DNA from: Raillietiella orientalis
Taxonomy: Eukaryota
Length of the DNA: 64,000 nt
Assembly (NCBI GenBank): GCA_036172245.1
Contig: JAYWIR010000022.1
Span: 434,001 to 498,000 of the forward strand
Reading direction: 5' to 3'
Positions 54,742 to 64,000 of the stretch are shown in pieces; positions within the stretch are counted from its first letter, which is position 1; the number at the start of each line of letters is the position of its first letter. Under the pieces are notes generated by a model. The model was given only the letters and a program-made list of their open reading frames with translations. It was not told where the DNA came from and searched no databases. The translations under genes were made by a program, and so were the position numbers.

Positions 54742-56977
54742 TTAACTACGTAAGGATTCCATATTCTGTGGCTGAATACCTAACTTCTGTGTGACTTTAA
54801 CTTGCGCCTCAGCAGCACCTCGTTGTGAACACAAATGTGCAATTTCAATTTCTGTTTTGGCATATTCAGTAGCTTTATTGAATAAGTTGATTGCTTTTGA
54901 TACGTTATTCCTTAAAAAATGGAAAGATGATCCATTACTTGATTGTAGAACTTACTTTTGTAACTCAATTAATGCTAGGGTCTCATATGCTACCCCACAA
55001 CATTCATCCACTTCAATGGCCTTTGTCAGCAGGTCAATAGCTCCTTGCAAGTTGTTATCATACTGAAGCTGCAACATCCCTATAACCAAAACTTACTATT
55101 CTAGTGTGAGCTGTTTTTTTCACCTCGATGTACATAGATGCTGCTATTATCTGGTTCTGCTTCTAGTGCCTTCTGAAAGCATGTATCTGATTCATCATAT
55201 TGTCGTTGTTCATATTTAATTTGACCGAGCATTGAATATCCTTCAGAGTAATTGGGGAATTTCTTAATAACCTCCTTGAATTCTTCAATTTTGTCAGCTG
55301 CATCTTTAGCATTTGCTTTCTGTGCACACGCTCGATATTCACAGTGACACTTTTGTATTTGAGCTAATGGAAAATTAGGCTGAAGCTGCACAGCACAAGT
55401 GAAATCCTTGATGGCATTCTCCAAATCATCAAGAATCATGAATACCTATATAGAAGAGTAATCAAAGTTCATCTGAGAAAACCTACCTGTCCTCTGTGAT
55501 AATAGACATCACAATTAGTAGGAGAGAGTTCCATTGCTCTATTCAGATCCTCCTTACACTTATCAACTTGTCCATGCTGTGTGTATACCAATGTACGCTT
55601 CAGCAGAGCATTAACAATTATCTAATTAAAAATTCATTAAAATGTTAATCAACAACTAGTTTCCATACATCTTTACTCAAGGATACATCCTCAATGATTT
55701 GATTGAGGTCAGAAAGAGCCTCATCTAATTCTCCTTTCAATATGCAAAAAGTTCCTCTAAGGAGATGAGCATGTACTGCCCAAGGACTATTCTCAATCTG
55801 CAATTCCTCTGTGCAGTCTGCAATGACGTTTTCATATTGCTGACATCTTATATCCAACAGAGCTTTACAAAAGCCTCTACAAGCAATAGTTGCAACACAT
55901 CAATAAGACATATACCTACTTTGTGCTCTCCTCTTTTGAAAAATTTAGTGCATCCAAAGGATCATTAGCAAATGATGACATGAAGGCACGAATTAAATAC
56001 TTTGGAGACATTACCTTCTGTTTAGTATGCATGATTTCCTTAGCTTGTTGCTGACCTGTAAGAAATGAGTTTTCCAATAAATGAAGGCTTGCTTATACCA
56101 TAAGTTTTAAGAACTTGATCCATCATGAGTAAAGATTGTTTGTTTTGAAATTTTTCAAGCATACATACTGCAGAGAGATCTTCCAATGCTTGTGTCAGAT
56201 TACCAGTTTCTTCGCATGCTTTTGCTCTCCGAGTCATTGCTTTCACATATTCAGGATCATATTCTAAAGCTTGTGAACAATTTTCGATTACTTGATTATA
56301 ATTTTTCTGAAAAACATTTTCTTATTCGAGTACTTAAACTAATTCAATTAAAAACACCTTAAGAAAATGGTCAACTTATATGAAACGTAAATTTCTAGTA
56401 ATGAATAATTATTTGTAAAAGACATACCAACTGTTCGTAACAGGCGGCTTTATTATGGTAAAAAACGGCCAAATCCTTCTTCTTATCCTTGTTTGAGCAA
56501 TTAATGGCTATGTCATAAAGTTTTAAAGCTTCTTCATAATCGCCATTTTTATAAAAATCGTTCCCTTTATTTTTGGCATCCAATGCACTGTTTTCAGAAC
56601 TTACCTTAAAGAAATTATCAAAATTCATTCCGTGTCACGAATACAGATTAAAAATTCTTTTTTAATTTCATAGAATTGATCAGTTAAATGCACCAAAGTG
56701 CAACTCAGTGCATGACTATTAGCCCAAAAATCAAAATTACCTCATTCTTGATGTCATTTTTTTCTTTACACCCTCCTTCTTTGTCAGTTTCTGCACCAAC
56801 ACCTGAAGCAGTTTTTGATTTCTGCCAATTTCTGCTTTTTCTCCCATTAGAATTCCGACACTTTAAATACCAGTACCCAATACCAAATACCAATGGAGTA
56901 CCAAGAGCAAGGGCCAGTTGCCATTTTGAAGACGTATTGTAGTTAGTTAACATAACTTTATAGATAACTGCCATCAT
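54742..56977 (-). CDS. TOMM70: Mitochondrial import receptor TOM70 (TPR protein), multi-exon
   Basis: N-terminal anchor KWQLALALGTPLVFGIGYWY, TPR motifs AKNKGNDFYKNGDYEEA...FYHNKAACYEQL, YVKAMTRRAKACE and ALEDLSAVCMLEKFQN, and C-terminal AKTEIEIAHLCS. Confidence 0.95.
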
Positions 56978-57928
56978 CTAATCGCAACACACCATCTGCT
57001 TTCTTTCGTGCACCATTAATGAACCAATATTTCCGAATCGTTCATTACAAACAATAACAGTGGAAGAAAGATCTGATGTCTACTAGCATGGCAGCTATCC
57101 CTGTCTAATGCACTCCTGGTTTCCGGAAAAGCAACTGTAGTTCATCATTACTTGAGTAATTAACTCTACTTTGGATAACTGAAAGTAACACAAGTAAATA
57201 GATTTTTCTAATTTTTAAAATGCAAAGAAAAGAAAAATGTAAGCATATACTGCAAATGTAAAGCCATGCTTTTGAAGGAACCTCCCAAAACTTTTCTGAA
57301 GATTAGCGGTTGCCGAACAGATTTCCGTCATTTGACTTCGGATGAAAACTCTCTTCATCGATATGTGCAGGATTACCCAGTGAGATCTTCAAATGCAGCT
57401 CACCTTCGGCTGAGCTTCATACAAAAGGGAAATGAAAGAAAAACATGGCGTGAATTCATAAGGGTATTAAATCAATACAACATTATTAATCAGTATTAAA
57501 ACATTATTTCATTACCAATATTATATACAATTCCAATTATCTGATAAATAGACTTTTCGAAAATAGCCACGGATTTCATTCTGGGATCTCTAGTATAACG
57601 TATTATTTCATTCACCTATTTTGTTGTAAACCATTGCAATCTGCAATAACCTATAATAATTTATCTACGATAATCATCATTTATTACTGAGCAGGCAATA
57701 ACAGCACTTATTTAATTTAAACAATTTACAGCATGGATGCTCTCATCTTACAAAACAATAAAAGGTACTTAGTTTTCCACATACATAGATACTATCCCTT
57801 AAACAATAATTATTTTTTCATTGGAGATAATGTCTAAAATATTAGTTCCTTTTAATATTTATTTATATGTTAATCAGGTTCATTTTTTCAAGCACACTAA
57901 GAAAACTCACAATATAATTTGACTCGCA

Positions 57929-57977
57929 ATACGTTCAAGTTCATGTCTCAGTGTCTGAGACATGAACTTGAACGTAT
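57929..57977. repeat. Perfect inverted repeat with 23-bp arms and a 3-nt loop
   Basis: atacgttcaagttcatgtctcag-tgt-ctgagacatgaacttgaacgtat. Confidence 0.95.
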
Positions 57978-59539
57978 CATCATTTCTTAGACACTCCAAA
58001 AAAAAATTATTTGAAGCTCGTACATGAGCTTAAAAAATAGAGCACATGCGTTCGTTTATGATATATCCTTTTTGAGACCAATGATATTCAAGGTCTTGAA
58101 TACTTTTCTTCGTATCTTTTCGACAGTCCTTTTAAGGTATAATCTTGAATTTCATAATCAGCCACCTCAGAAGCGTGAAATGACAAATTTTGCCACAATT
58201 AAACTTGGTAATTCTCATTCTCTAGCTATCTGCTGGTGAAAACAGTCATGAAAATTAACTTAAAACACAATTATAAAATAAGTGTGAATGAATCTATTAA
58301 TGCATGTGTATTGCTTCCATCTAATGTAGATATTCAAAACGTAAAAATTCTATCGTTACATCTATTCTTTAATACTTCGGTTTTCCAAAAATAATCTTAT
58401 GTTCCGGATAAATAATGGATTTCAATGCAATTATTTCATGAGACTAATTCTTCAATGTATGTTAAGATTTGTTCCGTGTTTCACTTTAAAAGCAAGCATT
58501 GATTTTTTAATATTAATTTTGGATGACTTAACACCGTTCTTTCACTCAATTAATGCAAATGCTGCAATATTTTTCTATTTAAGTTACATCTTCTGCCGTT
58601 TTATGCTTTATTTACGAATTTACCTTCGAATTCGTGTTAGCAAAAATCTTATGTTCACCCCTAGTTAAAGGCTTACTTGTATAAAAACTTTGATAAGCAT
58701 TTTTCAATTAGACCGAGACTACAGCAAAAGATTATACTTCTTAAAAATTTAAGTCGTTATTCTTGAATTCATAAAAAATTTCCAACACTAAGAGCATTTT
58801 AGCTATTCAATGGATAAACAACCTGCGATTTTGCGATAAGAGAAATGCTTGTCATCTTCTCCATACTTAGCTATTTCTAGCTAAGTAACAAACTATACAA
58901 ATGCAAGTAATTTAATGAATTATAGTTTTACCTCATAATGTTGATTTCTCTTGAACTGTCAATGTATGTGATTTTGAGTTGTTAAACCTCTCAGACTATG
59001 CATTTCCTGAATAAATGTACTTCAAAATATGGTTGAGCCTGCTAGTGCTAGATATGAGTGAGATCGCTTTTTCAGTATTTTGTAATTTACTGAAGATGGG
59101 GCAAATGAAATCTCTGAAAATGCATCCGCTGTTTGATAAGTAGACGTGATTTGCATTATGAAGTATTAAATTCGATTAGCAATCATTTCTTGCTTCCATA
59201 TTTTTCTGTCAGCATTGGCCAAAAATGATAATCTCGTGTTTTATGGATTAAACACTAATGCAGTAGTTTAGTATATAAAAAAAATGCATAAAAAAATCAT
59301 ATATTTGTTATCTGATTAAAGATTGATATTTCTTAGTGTGTACATATGATATTGACCGTGATCATTTAAGCTAATATCATTGTCGATATATAAACTTATG
59401 GTATACCGTTGTTTATGCTTTATTCATTTTTGTGGAAAGCAATTTATAAATTGTTTGCAAAATACATGTTGGCTATCCTGCTCAGGGTATTTTACGATTT
59501 CCGCTGTGTTCTGTTCGGGTCGTTGAGTAGCTGAACAGC

Positions 59540-60023
59540 ATGGGGCACCAGAATATTTGGTATTCACATCCTCGAAAATATGGCCAAGGATCTCGACGAT
59601 GGTAGTATATTATCAGACAATTTATTTGAATGGAATTCCTTTACGATGGGGTGTTTTTGTGTTGGGTGTTTAAGGTTCTCACTTTGGTGCAATTTCCACA
59701 CAGTAATGAAAATTTTAACAGAACATTGTTTTAAATTCTTGAACCGTACTTACGCGTCTTATTATCATTTTGGCAAATTGCTTTTTAGTAATTACTAAAA
59801 TGTGTATAAGTGCATGTTGCAGTATTTGAAAAGTCGTTCATTTTAGTCGCACATGTTCCAATCGTCATGGATTAATCAGGAAATACGCTATTAACATATG
59901 CAGGCAATGCTTCAGGGAACAAGCTAATGAGATTGGATTTAAGAAGGTAGACATCTAAACTACTTTGAAAATTCTGTTTATATATATATATATATATTTT
60001 TTTTTGTTTTACAGATGGATTAA
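59540..60023 (+). CDS. RPS29: 40S ribosomal protein S29. Exons 59540-59601, 59847-59946, 60015-60023
   Basis: Translates to [56 protein letters not shown], with AATAAA at 60029-60034. Confidence 0.98.
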
Positions 60024-60035
60024 AGATCAATAAAG

Positions 60036-63000
60036 TTAATAGCTTCTTCCAAATAATGTGTAGAAATGGGGTGTGTTGAGACATTCGTGGTGAATACATT
60101 TAGTGGTTGATAAATCAGGCTGTTCAAATGGTATACATAAAGCTTTGGCCCCCATGGATGCTAGTCCTGGATCCGTGGTGATTTCTTCCCTTTGTGAACT
60201 CTTAAAGACTGTTACTAATGTTCAATTACTTACTTAGCGCTGTCTTTTCGAATTTTTTCTTCACATTTGCTTTCACCACAAAAAGGTGCCAACAAAAGGT
60301 GTTTGTTATCGAGTTCAATACAGAAGTTTTGCCATTCATGACACAAGATTATATTAGTGTCCATATTCTCCTTGGCTCTAAAAAATAAGAATTACACAAG
60401 AACTCGGTTAAAACCTTGTTACCTTTTGTAAAGACTGGTTTGTATATCTGTTAACAGTTTCTGTACTGCACTAACAACATCAGGATACTTGAAAAGCTGT
60501 TTCTCTCCAGTATCTCTACGGATAGCAACACACTGATGCAAACCAAGATCTTTTGGTCCTACTTCTAGACGTATCGGAACTCCCTGTGTATAGATTCTTA
60601 TAAGTTTATCCGAATTCTTTAAATTTACCTTTAATTCCCAGTGGTTGAATTTCCATCCTGGACTATAATTTTCTCGGTAATCACCAAAAGTGCGGATACC
60701 TGCATCCTTCAGTTCTTTTTCAAGCTTTTGGCAGGTTTCATCTAGGGAGTCACGTAACTTGGGTTCCAAGCTACTGGTCAAACCACATGGGACAATTACG
60801 AGTTGGTATTTGGCAATTTTTGGTGGAAGTACCAAGCCTTTATCATCACCATGTACCATAATCATGACACCAATTGTACGTGTTGTGATCCCCCAAGAAT
60901 TCTGGTAGACAAATTCCTTCTTCCTTGTTTCAGGGTGCTCATAGACAATCTCAAACATGCGAGAGAAATTCTGCCCAAGGAAGTGTGATGTGGCTCCCTA
61001 ATTAGTCAGTCAGTTAAGTTTGAACAGAGGCAAAGAACTTACTTGGATTCCTCTCCCAGTAGCTGATATAAATGCTTCCACAGTAGTTGTATAATCACCA
61101 CCTGCAAACTTTTCATTTTCTGTTTTTCGCCCTTGAATAACTGGTACTGCCAACAAATCCTCATAAATCTGACGGTATAATTCTATATGTAAGAATATAC
61201 TTAGTTGACTGGTAACTTATTTCATGCTTATGCTCTTCATTAAATGTGATAATACAACTAGATTTCTTGTTAACAATGCTTGCAACTTACAATTACTAGC
61301 AGTGCTTTTATTTCTAAACCAAATAAGTGCTATACAATGTTACTTGATGGAAATGTTTCAAATTAAAAAAAAAAACGAAAGCACGAACTTTTCTGTCTTT
61401 TTGCATAGGAACAATAAAACCACTACTCTTGTCAAAACTGATAGGCAAAATTCCATGTTTGCAGCATAGCTGAAGCTTGAAACATTTTTAAATGGCATTC
61501 AACAGAAGAGTTTGTGCTGGACATTAAGATGATGGAACAAGATTAAAAGCATAATGAAAATTGATTTGCAGTTCTTTCAAGTGAAACCATGAACCATGAA
61601 ACTTTTTTAGATTCAAAAGAAAAGTCATTTGTAATCATTAGAATACTCAAAAGAAAATAATTGAATTGAACAATTGAGAAACAATAAAAATTTAATCTGA
61701 GTAACTCCTGCATTTACTCTCCAGATGCTTACCCAATATCTCCAAAACTTCTGCTTCTGCTTCTTTCTTATTAGCAAATGCTGTGTGACCTTCCTGCCAT
61801 AAGAATTCTCGTGTTCTTAAAAATGGCTGTGGATGTTTGAATTCCCAGCGCACTACATTGCACCACTGATTCAGACGTAATGGGAGATCTCTGTATGACT
61901 GTATCCATTTGGCATAATAAGGGTACATAACAGTTTCACTTGTAGGGCGAATAGCCACAGGCTCTATCAAATCTGAATGTCCTGATTTTGTTACCCATGC
62001 CACTTCTGGAGCAAAATCACTTATGTGCTGTTTTTCTTTTTCAAGTGCTGCATTGGAAACAAACATGGGAAAATAACAGTTCTGAACCTCCATAAGGTTA
62101 AGTTTTGCATCAAAGAAGTTCTTAATAACATCCCAAATTGCATATGCCCAAGGCCTTAGGATGTAGCAGCCACTCACATCATAATATTCAATCATTTCAC
62201 CTTTGGTTATCACTTGTGAATACCATTCTGCAAAGTTACTATGCTTTGCTGCTTCTAGTCCCAGACGTGTCTGCTTTTTGGTTAGTGAGGTTGCATTTGA
62301 CTTGCTGTTCTTTGATAATGGAGACTTAGCATTATCAACTTGTTTGTCTGATACAGATTCAGTACTTTTACAATGAGTTGTCTTGCTTTTTGGTGATCTG
62401 GAAACCTGCTCTGTTTGCTTCTGTTTGCCTCCCTTTTTTAAAGTCTCTTCTTTTTTGATTTCCAGCTTTTTCTCTTTTGAAATCTCTTCTTTTTTGATTT
62501 CCACTTTTTTCTCTTTTAAAATCTCTTCTTTTTTGATTTCCACCTTTTTCTCTTTTAAAGTCTCTTCTTTTTTGATTTCCACCTAACAAAAAAAGTATTC
62601 ATTTATGAATGAATCTATGTCAAACTTAATCATCATAATATAATGAAAACAAAGATTTTTATCCAATTTCTTTTGCTGATACGATGTGTTGATGGGAAAT
62701 ATGTTAAGACAGAGAAGTAATAGAAATACAATCTGGAAACAATACATAAATGATGTGATGAGAACCAGAATGTGTCAAGATTTTTCACATAAAATATGAT
62801 CACAGAATAGAATTTGTGTAAGAAAAAGGAAATGCTTTGAAACTAAGCATCCAAAAGCACACACAAACAATTGAAAAATAGATCACTTTACTGAGAACAA
62901 TTGCAACAAAATATGGAAACTTTGCATATGTGACAGAATCAAAATGCTGATTAACTGACACAATGGCAACAATTTGTGGGCAGCATGGTATGTCAAGATC

Positions 63001-64000
63001 CATTTTGTTAGATGATTATGAAAACAACATGAATCTGAACAAAATCATAAACAAGGTGAACACACACACTTTGTGTTATTTGGTGAATACAGAGTAAATA
63101 AATGAAGAATTATACGATACAAAATAAGCATTTATGAAGAACTTGTATAAGGCTATACATTTGTTGACCTTATCAAATTGAATCACAAAGAATCCTACAT
63201 ATATTGTGAAAGGTTTTTTGGGAAAATTCAACATATAATGCTTACCAATAAATCAGTTCTTTCACACCTTACTCTACTTCTGCATATAACAATTCTAGTA
63301 GGCACAATATTTTCACTGATACATCCATTCCACAATTTATTTCATGCATCAAAAACACATGCAGTAGAATGCACAGCAAGACAAAATGCATACTGTACTC
63401 ACATCCTTAAAATTTTGCCCCAGCATAATTTTCTCAATAACCAATAAGGTGGATTTGGTGCCATCGGGAATTGCAATCAATTGTAAAGGATCTTCGAGCC
63501 ACGTATATTTGCTGCAAGTACACAAATTGTTTGACTTAAAACTAATGTTAGATAAGTAAGAAATCTTTTAAAATTACTACGTGAATATCGGAAGGGCACT
63601 CTAACCTTGTCTGAGAAACTACTATAACATAGTGTAAACTAATATTTTGCAAGAAACTATTCAAAACAATTATAATATTTACATGACCACTAATCTTATT
63701 ATTAAAGATACCTGGGTTGCTTGTAAGGTGATTCACAGATAAAATAACCACGCCGTTGCAGTTGAATAATGTCACCTTTGCATAATGTAGTCATTGCTGA
63801 CTCCACTAAAACAGGCAGCTCAAAATGTGACTGATGGTCAACAAATTGCTTAAAATCTTCATCCTTGGCCAATACTGCTTTGCTAATGATAGCTGTATAA
63901 TAATGTAAGGTGCAAGGAATGGGACAAACTCTTGATCCAATAGGTAACCATGTAAGCTTCAGAGTTTTTTTATAATTCTTGTCATCAAGATTTGCTTGCA
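60036..64000 (-). CDS. EPRS: Bifunctional glutamyl-prolyl-tRNA synthetase, 5'-partial (continues beyond the window)
   Basis: The GluRS C-terminal part ([32 protein letters not shown]; exons 63712-64000 and 63403-63511) splices in phase to ProRS ([74 protein letters not shown]). Confidence 0.96.
62436..62582 (-). repeat. Coding 39-bp tandem repeat, about 3.8 copies of VEIKKEE(T/I)(L/S)KEKK, in the EPRS linker
   Basis: The unit gtggaaatcaaaaaagaagagactttaaaagagaaaaag is repeated with few substitutions. Confidence 0.93.

Noticed and set aside
59602..59846. Possible intronic snoRNA in RPS29 intron 1
   Set aside because: No clear C/D boxes or H/ACA double hairpin by eye; an Infernal search would be needed.
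63512..63711. EPRS intron with a U12-like donor GTATCTTT
   Set aside because: It mismatches GTATCCTT and has no CCTTAAC-like branch near the acceptor; treated as U2-type.

Overview
Eukaryotic, intron-containing genomic DNA from an invertebrate, most likely an arthropod; the species cannot be determined from sequence alone. The window has two very different halves. About 1-21.6 kb is GC- and CpG-rich. It holds one spliced beaten-path (Beat)-type Ig-domain gene (first exon not found), a frameshifted copy of one of its exons, and decayed repeats and retroelement fragments. About 21.6-64 kb is AT-rich and densely packed with housekeeping genes: EGLN/PHD (+), POLE2 (-), DCAF6 (-), TMEM63 (+), COQ8/ADCK3 (+), MRPL14 (-), ATP5L (+), TOMM70 (-), RPS29 (+) and the 3' part of EPRS (-). 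Many introns there are only about 39-50 nt. The most notable observations are: an EPRS whose linker has no visible WHEP domains and carries a Lys/Glu tandem repeat instead; a 50-nt AT-AC minor-spliceosome intron in POLE2; three convergent gene pairs with stop codons 7-22 bp apart; a TMEM63-COQ8 junction that looks operon-like; four consecutive mitochondrial genes; and a possibly vestigial MYND finger upstream of PHD. All gene calls come from manual translation and recalled family motifs; no database searches were run.
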